Part shown: positions 37,947-48,138 of the stretch, piece by piece
How the letters are laid out: each line of letters starts with the position of its first letter
Position numbering within the stretch: the stretch's first letter is position 1
IMG/VR virus record: IMGVR_UViG_3300037054_000148
Span: 249,598 to 313,597 of that record
Length of the DNA stretch: 64,000 bases
Direction: 5' to 3' (one strand)
Position numbers and translations under genes: made by a program
Notes under the pieces: model-generated
Told to the model about the DNA's origin: nothing
The model's input: only the letters and a program-made list of their open reading frames with translations
Database searches by the model: none

Positions 37947-40472
37947 ATGTCTTCCACTAATCCAGTTCCCTACATCCCGCTCTTAGAGGGCTATTCAGGA
38001 TATGTCTATCTCACAAATAGCACGACAGTCACAGGAATAAATTATGCCACTGGAGGGGACCAAGCGGCCACTCAGCCACTAGCCCTTCAGAATAATGTAA
38101 TTGGGTTTTCAAAGGCTCTGGGATCTGGACAGGGAAGATTACAGATCGCTTACGACTCTGTAAGTGACACCACCCAGCTTCAATATATTGGTGGGAGTCC
38201 TACCTCTCCAAATACCTGGGATGCCGCTATGGCTGATAATTTCCCTGTCTCCATTTCACTCACTGACATTGCTTACATAAATGCAGCCAACCAATATGAT
38301 TTGTACACATTTGTGCCCCCCGCCTCTGGGGCAAATGGAGCCGGTGCGGGAGGCTCTCAATTTACCTTTGAAGTGTGGGCTCTTTGTCAACCACAAATCG
38401 CCTCTATTTCCCCGACCAGTATTACGGCGGATGGGTCGGCTCACATTATTACAATTTCTTTGGCTCGAAGGCTTCACAGTTCTCAATCCCCAACTATTTC
38501 ACCCTCCATCACTGGGAGTGGGGTCACGCTTGGCACCCCTACTCCAATAACTAATGCGAACGGGCAGTTGACAGGATGGAGTATGACTGCCACCGCATTA
38601 GCCGCTCAGCCTACTTCTACGCAAAGTATCACTTTCGCTTTGACTGAGAATGCCACTTATCTGAGTGGGGATTCAATCGTCACTAACGCGCTGACCTACC
38701 CATCTAGCACTCAGAGTCTAGGTGTCATCTCAGAGGTCTCTTCATCCATCCCTATTGCCGCCACAGCCGCTACCCTGGTTGGGGGCTCCGGAACAGACGT
38801 TACCCATGGCCTAGTCACTGCCACATCCGGTGTTATCGCCGGAGGATTGACGGCTCAGGTTACCCTTACTTCTGGCACTCTATCAGATTTAACGGCTCCG
38901 GTAAACGTTGTCGCTCTTCCTTACAACTTTGCCACAGGGACGACTTCTTACACGAACCCGACCTTGAAGGCCATTAATAACCGCACCACTATTGCAACAA
39001 TGACTCCAGTCGGAGCCCCCACCATTGTAATTAATGCTCAAGGGAATAACGTTTATCAACAGCAATACTACGCAAATTTTGATACTTCTGCTCTGCTGTT
39101 GGATCCTTCTGGGAGCGCCTACCCTCAATGGCAAATCGGTTACTCCGCAACTGGCCCCACCGTCCCCTATACGAATTGGTTTGGAACCTATGTTAATGGT
39201 AATCTCACTGGGAACACCGCAGCTTACACAGTGTACGCCCTAGTTGGTGGAGATGAGTATGCCTACTCATCGGGTGTGTGGGAGGATGCGGCTGGGAACC
39301 CAGCCATAAACTTGTATTTCAGCGGCACAGTCCAGTTTTATATCTCCCCAAATTGGAACCCGGAAAATGTTATAAACTCTGCTCCAGAAGTGCTTACCTT
39401 GATCCAATACCAAATAGATGGAGGCACACTAACCTCTTCCAACTTAGCTACAACTTATACCGCAGGGAATGGGGATATCGCCATGGGTCTCGCATCCATT
39501 GATACGACAAAGTTCTCAGTGCCGACAGGGAACCACTCAATCACCTGGAAGTTGATCACCGATCTGGATACTGGTGCCACACAAACTCAAGTGCAAACCG
39601 CCACTGTAGCCTTCTCTACAAATCAAAGTGCTATTGGTGGGGCAATCCCTGATTACACCGTCTCCAGCACTTCCGCAACGACTCAATCCTTCGTGCAAAA
39701 CCAAAGCTCTTCTGTCTCCTGGGTACTCACTTACAAACCCAATATTCTATTCGCTGGCAGCTTGAGTTTCGGCATTACGGGACTTCCCTCTACTGGGACG
39801 ACCTTTGTGTTCACCCCTTCCACCCTGAGCCTTCTGCCAGGAGGGACCGCACTCAACACCACACTAACCCTAACAGCCTCAAGCGCACCAGTTGGGAACT
39901 ACCCCATCACCATTCACGCCACATCTGGGGCTTCAGATGACGCTCCTTTCAACGCGCTCTTATCCGTAGAGGCTCAGGTTATTGCTCCTGCCCCCCCTTA
40001 TCAGGAAACCGGCCGCTGCTGCTTCTTAGCTGGCACGAAGATAACAATGGAAAATGGGGTATTAAAAGACATAAAGGAACTAGAGGTAGGAGATAGGGTT
40101 GCCTCCTACGATATTTCTTCTAAAACCATGACCGTAGGGACTGTGGAGTTTATCCATAATCCTATCCGGAGTCATATCAATCATGTACAGTTTGAGGATG
40201 GAAAGGTGCTAAATGTTACCTCTGATCACCCACTTTACACAACTGAAGGTTGGAAATCATTAGATCCGGAATCAACCCAAGTTGGGTATGGCATGACCTG
40301 TAGGAGATTAGCTGAGGGGGATCAGGTCATGAATTTAAAGGGGGATTTCCTTACCATCACCAATATTGAATTTGAAGCTGGAGAGTTCCAAACATACGCT
40401 CCTGGAAGAGTGTCCGACTGCTCTACCTACTTTGCTGATGGCCTCTTAGCCCACAACTGTGGGGGCGGCTAG
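37947..40472 (+). CDS. Virion protein with C-terminal Hint (intein-like) domain
   Basis: CFLAGTKI (40020), TSDHP block B, YFADGLLAHN (40457) followed by CGGG-stop. Confidence 0.88.
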   Translation: MSSTNPVPYIPLLEGYSGYVYLTNSTTVTGINYATGGDQAATQPLALQNNVIGFSKALGSGQGRLQIAYDSVSDTTQLQYIGGSPTSPNTWDAAMADNFPVSISLTDIAYINAANQYDLYTFVPPASGANGAGAGGSQFTFEVWALCQPQIASISPTSITADGSAHIITISLARRLHSSQSPTISPSITGSGVTLGTPTPITNANGQLTGWSMTATALAAQPTSTQSITFALTENATYLSGDSIVTNALTYPSSTQSLGVISEVSSSIPIAATAATLVGGSGTDVTHGLVTATSGVIAGGLTAQVTLTSGTLSDLTAPVNVVALPYNFATGTTSYTNPTLKAINNRTTIATMTPVGAPTIVINAQGNNVYQQQYYANFDTSALLLDPSGSAYPQWQIGYSATGPTVPYTNWFGTYVNGNLTGNTAAYTVYALVGGDEYAYSSGVWEDAAGNPAINLYFSGTVQFYISPNWNPENVINSAPEVLTLIQYQIDGGTLTSSNLATTYTAGNGDIAMGLASIDTTKFSVPTGNHSITWKLITDLDTGATQTQVQTATVAFSTNQSAIGGAIPDYTVSSTSATTQSFVQNQSSSVSWVLTYKPNILFAGSLSFGITGLPSTGTTFVFTPSTLSLLPGGTALNTTLTLTASSAPVGNYPITIHATSGASDDAPFNALLSVEAQVIAPAPPYQETGRCCFLAGTKITMENGVLKDIKELEVGDRVASYDISSKTMTVGTVEFIHNPIRSHINHVQFEDGKVLNVTSDHPLYTTEGWKSLDPESTQVGYGMTCRRLAEGDQVMNLKGDFLTITNIEFEAGEFQTYAPGRVSDCSTYFADGLLAHNCGGG

Positions 40473-40494
40473 CGGAAGCTGATGAAAGCCTAAA

Positions 40495-41187
40495 ATGACT
40501 TCTCCTTATAAATATGCTCTTCCTGGCCCCCCCTTCAACTTTCTGGGGCACATGTCTCAAACCCAGAATAATGCTTTGTATGCTTGGATCAATCGAAACA
40601 GTGCAAATCAACCATTAGCTATGGCGTGGTATCAGATCAGAGCCAACCAATTAAGAAAATCTGCTGGTCTGTTAGAGGGTTACTATGCAACCAAATACCC
40701 AGATCCGTCTGCTCCACAAGCAATGACTCCTAGCTTCCAGAAAGCCGAATGGCAGCCTGGACCTAATGGTCATTTTACCTACGTAAACGGGAATGACCAG
40801 CTTAGTTCCGTAACAGTCAGCAAGATAAAAGACTACTATCGTTATATGATGCAACGTGATGATGAGGGCATGTTCTGGATGAATTGGCTGAGAAACCATA
40901 TAGAGCGGCATGAGGATATGGCTAACTTACACAATGATGCCGTCATCCAAGTCCCACTCCTCCAGACTGAGTTAACTACCATGTTTGGTCTTCCAGAAAA
41001 TCAGAACGTTCTTGTGGATGATATTACCACTCCTGTCGAGGGTGTGAACAACGCCTCCCTACCGGGGCCTTACTTCCGAGTTAACCAGTTAGACCAGCCC
41101 ACCGCCTGGGAACTCTCTCAATTTAGCCATCTATCCAGCGGTAAGGCCATTCCGGGGACACCTCAGCAGACTGGTGCCGGAAGCTAA
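40495..41187 (+). CDS. Hypothetical structural-region protein
   Basis: 230-aa ORF in tail operon. Confidence 0.7.
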   Translation: MTSPYKYALPGPPFNFLGHMSQTQNNALYAWINRNSANQPLAMAWYQIRANQLRKSAGLLEGYYATKYPDPSAPQAMTPSFQKAEWQPGPNGHFTYVNGNDQLSSVTVSKIKDYYRYMMQRDDEGMFWMNWLRNHIERHEDMANLHNDAVIQVPLLQTELTTMFGLPENQNVLVDDITTPVEGVNNASLPGPYFRVNQLDQPTAWELSQFSHLSSGKAIPGTPQQTGAGS

Positions 41188-41226
41188 TCCAATCATTCGG
41201 CTATCTGGAGCTATTTTGAGAGAACT

Positions 41227-42006
41227 ATGTCCTACGACTTTGATGTGCGCCTATCCCCTTGCAACCACCTTCAGGTGAAGGAGAGGATGACTGTTGATTT
41301 GACAGACCTTCGAACTCTGCTTTACGCCAGTCCTAATCAATATCAGGATGCGGTTCATATCAGAGGAACGGTTGCGGCGAAAGCCTCAGTAAAGTTGTTC
41401 ATCTCCGGTATTGAAGTGCCCCAGAGCCACCCTCAATACGGTTGGGATGTGTGGCCAGATACCTCATTTCCCGCCTCAGCACAGCTTTCGAAAATTATGT
41501 TTCGACAACAGATGCGGCTGACTAACCCGGTGATTGAGATACAGTATATTACTATCGCGGCCTATTGTTTGAAGTGCAATGGGTTTAGTAAAGTGAACGA
41601 TTACACAATCGCTCAGAATGGCTCGTTCTTACACGTTTGGGAGTTCTATAAACTTGTCCAACGGATATACAAGTTTATTTTGACCTCAAACTGCATATTC
41701 TACCCTGCCTTTACTTCCCAACTAAAAAATTTCATTGGGCAGAAATTCTTAGGGACGGAAGACGACATTTCAAATGAGTGTTCGAACGCACTGGACAATT
41801 TGAAGCGGATCCAGTTAGCTCAAAAAAACATACAAGTTTTATCCCCCCAGGAAGTGTTGAAAAACATCGAGAGTATTAGCTCAGTGAGAAATGCCGAAGA
41901 CCCTACAATCATTACAACAAATATGATGGTTTCTTCTTACGGAACCCCCCGTGCGACCCCACTGAGTTTTACGTTACAAACCACGAACAACAATATCCAA
42001 AATTAA
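41227..42006 (+). CDS. Baseplate wedge protein, gp25/GPW-like (tentative)
   Basis: Position before baseplate-J-like gene; KLVQRIYKFILT..FYP..S.L..FIG pattern. Confidence 0.5.
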   Translation: MSYDFDVRLSPCNHLQVKERMTVDLTDLRTLLYASPNQYQDAVHIRGTVAAKASVKLFISGIEVPQSHPQYGWDVWPDTSFPASAQLSKIMFRQQMRLTNPVIEIQYITIAAYCLKCNGFSKVNDYTIAQNGSFLHVWEFYKLVQRIYKFILTSNCIFYPAFTSQLKNFIGQKFLGTEDDISNECSNALDNLKRIQLAQKNIQVLSPQEVLKNIESISSVRNAEDPTIITTNMMVSSYGTPRATPLSFTLQTTNNNIQN

Positions 42007-42016
42007 GAGGTCGAGA

Positions 42017-45000
42017 ATGACAGTCATACCGCAAATTACCCTGAGTCCACTGATCCTCATCAGCCCTACGATGGAGGGCCAAGAGCTTGGTATTGACACG
42101 AACGGGATAGATATGGTCTACCAAGCCTCCACAACTGTTCAGGCCGTAACCGTATCGATTGAGGGAGGTAATTTCACTTCTTTAACCCCCACCTTAATGG
42201 CTGGTTATAACAACTTCACTGTAAGCATCACAGGGATAACCCCTTCGTCCTCTGTCATTCAAGTGCTGGCAGTGGGGACGAGCTACAACCCTGCGGAGCC
42301 ACCAATGACTGGGCCTTACTACGCGACTCCCACTTCTTCATTTGGGCTAGTGTACACTGGCCTCTCTGGATCTCTCCCTGTGCTTAACCCCCCATCGGGC
42401 GTCAGCACCTATAATGGGCTGAATCAGGCACAATTAGAATGGGTGCTCCCCACAACTCCCGGCCTTCTAGGTGTTCGAGTCCAATACAGCACTGATTCCA
42501 CTGGGGTGAATGTTCCTTATCAGCAATATGGGCCGCTGGTAACTCAAATTACCAGGGCTGCCAACAACGTTACTAATTCTGAAACCTCAACAGCGGTTAT
42601 AGGAGATCAGACCACCATCACGACCGTGGACACCACCATCCCTGTCAGCTATAGTTCAGTCATATTCCCGCAATCTATCGCCGGAGGAGCCAACTTTTTC
42701 TATGCGGTCCTCTCTACCGTAGTGCAGGATCCAATAACCAACACGGTATATGAGTCCAATTTCAACGGTCCATTCCAACTCGGGTTTGTTGATCTGCGTC
42801 AAGTAAACCCCTATGACTACCAGTATCTCCAACAGAAAGAGGACATCGCCTCTAGACTGATTAGCTCAGCGATGGCTAACTACCCACAGCTTGATCTAAC
42901 TCCTCGGTCTGAACTTAGAGACCTTCATATCGATCCAATCAGCCTGGAGCTATCTCAGCAATCCGTTAGAGAGTGGTTTGGTAGGTGCTCACAATCCATC
43001 AGTGCAGTGGCAACGATTGATGATTATGATGGAGATGGAGTTTCTGACCCATTTAACACCAGCCCTTTCAAATCCCAAATCGCTACCGCATGGAACTTAT
43101 CTGCCTCTAATACCCAGCTTCTGATTGATAAGCAATTTGACATCTTGGGAGAGAGGGCCGGAATCACCAGAGGTGGGGCCACCCGATCTGTTGCGATGAT
43201 GACCCTCTACACCTATTCCAAACCCACCACACAAGTTACGTTTACCCAATCTGCAATGACCTTCTCTGCCGCTGGAAATAGCCAGTCCCCAGCGGTAAAT
43301 TTTGCTGCGGTGGGGTCAGCAGTTGTGACTTTGCAGAGTATCAATGCGATCTATAGCTCTGCAAATAATTGGTGGAGCGTGGATGTGCCAGCAGAATGTA
43401 CAGTCACTGGCTCCATCGGCAATGTGGGGGCGGGGGCAATCTCTCAGGCTTCTGGTCTTCCCTCCGGATGGCTTTGTATTAATCAGGGACCAGCCACATA
43501 CGGCACTGATCAGCAATCCAACTCATCCTATGCGGTCATGATTAAAAATCGTCTGGTTGTGGGTGTGGATAGTGGTAGCCGGTTAGGGTATCTGAACACC
43601 ACTCTGGCTACTCCAGGAGTCATTGGAGCGAATGTTGTGGCGGCGGGTGATGTGGAAATGGAACGAGATTGGCTCACTCAGCCCACATTGGCCGGTGGAG
43701 GAAAACACATCTTTGGTTGCGTTGATATCTATGTCAGAGGTATAACGGACTCCCAGCAGGCGGATGGACAAGTGTTCTCTTGGGGGAGTAGCTCCTCAAC
43801 TTATAGAAGTTTCACCAGCTACACTCCTCTGCAAATTTCTAATAAGAGTCTTTTGGCGATTAAGCCTGCTTCTACGCTTTCGGGGCTTATCTACACCCCA
43901 ATCGAAATCGTTGCTACACAGGGGACGAACCAGATTTTCTTTGGTGTTCAGACCTGTAAAGTAGATCCAACAACCAACACCATGTATTTAAACCCCACGG
44001 AACTTTGCTATCAACTTACCAATGTGGGTGGGGCGAATGAACAGTACCAGATATTTCAGCTTAATGGTGTGAACGCCACCAATCAGATGGTCATTAATTA
44101 CCTAAATCCGCAGGCACCCAATGTCTCAGTCGTCGGATGGTTGAGGATGCAGACCCCACTTCAGTGCTACCCCACGGCCCAACCTGTTTCCACAGTCTAT
44201 AGCGTAGTGGGAAATGGGGACAGCGGGACTTTATCACCTCTGGGAGTTCGGTTAATTCACAGCCAGGATCCACTGCTTAATGGGTTTTCCAATAAAGCAA
44301 ATGATATAGTTCAGATTGACACCACGGCTAACGCCACCTACCCAAACATTACCCCAACAGTGCTCTCTACCATGCCTGGGCTGGCTCCTGGTTCACGAGT
44401 TCCATTCGCTTTTGTGACAAATGGACCAACTATCGAGCCTATTGATACCGACATGCAGGTGAGTCTTGATAACCAAGGTCGTGTGTACGGCATCAATTCC
44501 GTAAGATCCGCAGACCTGAGCACCGTTTACAAAATAAATGTAGACTATGCGATTATCCCAACAGGGATCCCTTCCTATTCTGGCAACCCTTCAATTTCTA
44601 GCCCTCAGATCGCCCCTACGTGTAACTATAATGCTTACAGTATTCAGTGGCTCCCCTCTGGAAGCATCCCTCTGGGTCAAGAGTTGCTGATCGGATACAA
44701 TAAATATACTCTCCATGAATACTGCACTCTTGTTACCGGAGAATCACAAACACTTACTGGGTCAACTCCTGCCCCACTTGCAAATCCAGGGTTTATTAAG
44801 AACGTGTGGACTCCAGAGTCTTATGGGTACACCGTTATCTCCATGGACTCAGCTTTAGCGTCAGCGTTTATTCCCAAGCAAAATCGGTATATCAAGGTTA
44901 CTTACGACAATGGGTCGGGTCCGACCGTAATGGTGGAAGGGCAGGACTATACCCTCACCATTGACCAGAACACCTATCAGGCGTATGTAGCTAGGATCCT

Positions 45001-45883
45001 TACGGGACGGATTCCTGATAAATCCTCTGTGCTGGTGTCCTACTTCTACAACGAAATGTTCTCGGTGACGACTGGCTACCCAGGCTATATTGAGCAAGTG
45101 GCAAATGCTATCGCCCAGACCAAGAATGCCGGGGGAGATGTGTTGATTAAACAAATGATGGCCAATGCGGTGGACATCATCCTATCGGTAGAACTCAACC
45201 CAAACGTAACTCCGGTGGCCATGGATGGCCAAATTCGAACTGTGCTAGGAGTGGTGTTAAGTAACGCCAGTTCAACTGTCACCCAGTCCGAAGTGATCCG
45301 ACAGGTGAAGTCCATTCCTGGAATTGCAAATGTCATTGTTCCACTGACAAAGTTAGCCAAATCCGATGGATCTTATGACGTTGGGGTTATTATCCCATCT
45401 GGCACCACTTGGATTCCCATCACGCAGGACACCACTTTAGGCAGCCTTCCCTTCGCCGCTAACACATGGATCACTTCGACTGCGACCAAAGTCCTTCCCG
45501 ACCAGACCATCCCATCTGGGGGTCTACCAGACGCCTACGTTGGAATGCTGTATGAGGGGGATCAGTTCAGACGGGCAAGTAGCATTATGGATTTGGTGAC
45601 TAACCCTCCGACTAGCACCACCGATTTGGACGGAGCTTTTTATATCATCGGTGTGGGGGATCAGATCAACTCTATCACCCCTATTCCCTCAGTCTATGAG
45701 GGTTGTATCATCGCCACCTTCCCCTCCTACCTCTCGAACATCACTAAGAGTATTACTCCAAGCGGGTTCAGCTACAAAGTAACCTATCAGGCTTGGCGTG
45801 AGGGTGGGTATCGAGACATCACTCTTAGCTCAACAGAGTATCTTACCCTAGGCAGTGTCACCATTGATTATATAACGTCATGA
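42017..45883 (+). CDS. Baseplate J/gp6-like wedge protein
   Basis: DLTPRSELRDL, GITRGG, VPAEC..TGSIGNVGAGAI, G.D.QSN, G.VDIYV motifs. Confidence 0.75.
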   Translation: MTVIPQITLSPLILISPTMEGQELGIDTNGIDMVYQASTTVQAVTVSIEGGNFTSLTPTLMAGYNNFTVSITGITPSSSVIQVLAVGTSYNPAEPPMTGPYYATPTSSFGLVYTGLSGSLPVLNPPSGVSTYNGLNQAQLEWVLPTTPGLLGVRVQYSTDSTGVNVPYQQYGPLVTQITRAANNVTNSETSTAVIGDQTTITTVDTTIPVSYSSVIFPQSIAGGANFFYAVLSTVVQDPITNTVYESNFNGPFQLGFVDLRQVNPYDYQYLQQKEDIASRLISSAMANYPQLDLTPRSELRDLHIDPISLELSQQSVREWFGRCSQSISAVATIDDYDGDGVSDPFNTSPFKSQIATAWNLSASNTQLLIDKQFDILGERAGITRGGATRSVAMMTLYTYSKPTTQVTFTQSAMTFSAAGNSQSPAVNFAAVGSAVVTLQSINAIYSSANNWWSVDVPAECTVTGSIGNVGAGAISQASGLPSGWLCINQGPATYGTDQQSNSSYAVMIKNRLVVGVDSGSRLGYLNTTLATPGVIGANVVAAGDVEMERDWLTQPTLAGGGKHIFGCVDIYVRGITDSQQADGQVFSWGSSSSTYRSFTSYTPLQISNKSLLAIKPASTLSGLIYTPIEIVATQGTNQIFFGVQTCKVDPTTNTMYLNPTELCYQLTNVGGANEQYQIFQLNGVNATNQMVINYLNPQAPNVSVVGWLRMQTPLQCYPTAQPVSTVYSVVGNGDSGTLSPLGVRLIHSQDPLLNGFSNKANDIVQIDTTANATYPNITPTVLSTMPGLAPGSRVPFAFVTNGPTIEPIDTDMQVSLDNQGRVYGINSVRSADLSTVYKINVDYAIIPTGIPSYSGNPSISSPQIAPTCNYNAYSIQWLPSGSIPLGQELLIGYNKYTLHEYCTLVTGESQTLTGSTPAPLANPGFIKNVWTPESYGYTVISMDSALASAFIPKQNRYIKVTYDNGSGPTVMVEGQDYTLTIDQNTYQAYVARILTGRIPDKSSVLVSYFYNEMFSVTTGYPGYIEQVANAIAQTKNAGGDVLIKQMMANAVDIILSVELNPNVTPVAMDGQIRTVLGVVLSNASSTVTQSEVIRQVKSIPGIANVIVPLTKLAKSDGSYDVGVIIPSGTTWIPITQDTTLGSLPFAANTWITSTATKVLPDQTIPSGGLPDAYVGMLYEGDQFRRASSIMDLVTNPPTSTTDLDGAFYIIGVGDQINSITPIPSVYEGCIIATFPSYLSNITKSITPSGFSYKVTYQAWREGGYRDITLSSTEYLTLGSVTIDYITS

Positions 45884-46308
45884 AGCGTGGAAATAGCCTA
45901 AGAGTTCTTATGGAAAAGGGCCTTCTGAGTGAGAGGCTAAAGGCCATTTTAGACTCTTATTTCACGTATGAGTGGGGGTGGATGAGCACCTTTCCAGACA
46001 CTGCTAAAGTGAATCATATTTTCAGTGGGCACGTAACCATAGCCAGTAAATTCATACAAGGCAAAGGAATGGAGACGGTCAAGAAAATTCAAATACCTTC
46101 AAAAAACGGGAAGGTATTTCTAATAGAAGCCCTAAAACAAGCCTACATGCAGCCGTATCTAGTGGTGGCGTTGTATAGTATGACAGACATGCTGAAAAAT
46201 GGAAGTTCTACAATGACTGGACTTAGGTGGGAAAAGAGCGTTCCTTCAGAAGTTTTTGTGTTTCATCTGGATGAATCAAAAAACGTAGAAGGTGAACAGA
46301 TCCTATAG
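45880..46308 (+). CDS. Hypothetical protein
   Basis: ATGA overlap; composition unlike neighbouring structural genes. Confidence 0.55.
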   Translation: MKRGNSLRVLMEKGLLSERLKAILDSYFTYEWGWMSTFPDTAKVNHIFSGHVTIASKFIQGKGMETVKKIQIPSKNGKVFLIEALKQAYMQPYLVVALYSMTDMLKNGSSTMTGLRWEKSVPSEVFVFHLDESKNVEGEQIL

Positions 46309-46340
46309 TAGGACTTTTCGATACTTCTCTGAAGGTAACG

Positions 46341-47366
46341 ATGGCAAATCCTGACCAACTCTACAACCAAACCCGAGATGCCCTGATCCAATATGAGGAT
46401 TCAGAGTTCACCTACCTGCTAGGCAATGTCCCTAATTTTTACATCAGCCAGACCGATCAGACCATTTGGGGCTCTCTGCTCCGTAATGTAGCTACCGAAC
46501 TGGCCCGTCTTGAATACGCGCACACCTATGATATCATTGGGAAAAATCCGGCTAACCTGACACCCCCAGATGCAAAAAGACAATGGGGGGACGTTCTTTT
46601 TATTAATCGCAACTCCCCTTATCCTGGGCAGTACGACCTAGACTACTCAAATCTTGTAGTGAACCTGATCAAAGCATTCCAAACTGGGTGTCGGGTAGTC
46701 ACACTAGAAAATATCATACAAGCCTATACGGGACAGAGCATTGTCGTCCAGGAACTCTACCAATTAATTGGTAATGGGGTCTATGACGCAACAGATCGTA
46801 ATACCTTGCAAATTTCCGTTCAAGTGGCCGGAACGGCTCCAGGCTCTATTATCAACGTAGCTTCTGAGACTGCCACCATTTCCGGAACCATCAGCACTTT
46901 ACAAACCATCACAAACGACCTTTACACCGCAATAGATTTAGCAAAGCCTGCACACGTGGGCCTTAACTTGTCAGCTATTTTTGGGCAAGATGAACACATT
47001 GGAGACTATGTATATGGCCGCTATGGTATTGATGACTCTTTGACAATTATCGCATCTATGGTAGAAGACCTCCCATTCCCACTCCCTCTCTATCAGGCCC
47101 CCTCTTTCGACTCCGATTCCCCGGATACCGGTTTGGCTAGCACTGACACGGATAGCAACGAGTACAACTCCTTCGTACAGGCATCCTCTGGGGCTCCTCC
47201 GCTCCAGGAAACATACACGCTTGCTGAGTTCAATACCTATAGCACTTATGCTAAGGGAAACATTGTTCCAGTTGGTAACCAGCCTCCATTCCCAGGTGAG
47301 ATCGGACCTACTTTGGTCGTTTGGGAAGTCTCAGATGACAATCTTGACATCATGGATATGGACTAA
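46341..47366 (+). CDS. Baseplate wedge / tail protein I-like subunit
   Basis: Follows J-like gene; IDLAKPAHV motif typical of gpI/gp48-like subunits. Confidence 0.6.
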   Translation: MANPDQLYNQTRDALIQYEDSEFTYLLGNVPNFYISQTDQTIWGSLLRNVATELARLEYAHTYDIIGKNPANLTPPDAKRQWGDVLFINRNSPYPGQYDLDYSNLVVNLIKAFQTGCRVVTLENIIQAYTGQSIVVQELYQLIGNGVYDATDRNTLQISVQVAGTAPGSIINVASETATISGTISTLQTITNDLYTAIDLAKPAHVGLNLSAIFGQDEHIGDYVYGRYGIDDSLTIIASMVEDLPFPLPLYQAPSFDSDSPDTGLASTDTDSNEYNSFVQASSGAPPLQETYTLAEFNTYSTYAKGNIVPVGNQPPFPGEIGPTLVVWEVSDDNLDIMDMD

Positions 47367-48088
47367 TGGATGCCGACCACTTTTATCGAATTTTATATAA
47401 GCTGCATATAAATGGGTTAAGCAAGAAATTTACGGATTCGCTGCTTAAGAATTACTCTCACATCCCTAAAGCTGCCTTCAGTTATGCGATTACGAATGAA
47501 ATTCCTTTTCCAGAAGGGGAAGCTGCAATTGCGACTAATGGAAGATACAGCTATGAGTATGCTGCTTTTTGTTTAAACAATCAGCGGTTCCCAGCCGGTG
47601 AAGATGCGATCATTGACGGAGTGTCTCATATTTACGATTATGCTCGTGATGTCCTAGGACATAGCTGGCCCGAAGCTGAGAAGATGCTGTTTTCTGGAAA
47701 AAATGATGAAGTTGCAGCAGAATACTTTGAAGAGTATATAGGTAAAGAGGGCTGGGAAAACCCAACCAATGAACTAAGAGACTGGATGATTCGACAGTTT
47801 GGAGAGTGTGCGGAATGTGGAGGACCCCTCCCAACCAGCCGGAGAGATTGTTATTCGGATAGTGAGGGGTTTGATACCTACTGTTCAGAGGACTGTGCCA
47901 TTAGGGCAAGTGAGCGTTTAGAATGGGATCAGGTGGATTTAGAGGTAGAAGATGCTATGACCTCTGCCAAACCAGATATAACTACGGAAGAAATAGAGAA
48001 GGCTCAGCAGTATATTCGAAGACATGGCTACTCCGGAGACCTCACTGAATATCTGATTGAAGAGGGCTTTCTGCCAGAGGGAGAGTAG
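47366..48088 (+). CDS. WPEAE-repeat plus zinc-finger protein
   Basis: FPEGEAAI/FPAGEDAI/WPEAEK repeats; CAECG...YCSEDC. Confidence 0.75.
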   Translation: MDADHFYRILYKLHINGLSKKFTDSLLKNYSHIPKAAFSYAITNEIPFPEGEAAIATNGRYSYEYAAFCLNNQRFPAGEDAIIDGVSHIYDYARDVLGHSWPEAEKMLFSGKNDEVAAEYFEEYIGKEGWENPTNELRDWMIRQFGECAECGGPLPTSRRDCYSDSEGFDTYCSEDCAIRASERLEWDQVDLEVEDAMTSAKPDITTEEIEKAQQYIRRHGYSGDLTEYLIEEGFLPEGE

Positions 48089-48138
48089 GCTCAGGCTCAA
48101 ACTCCCCGACTATGGGTATCAATATTGAGAGTGTGAGC

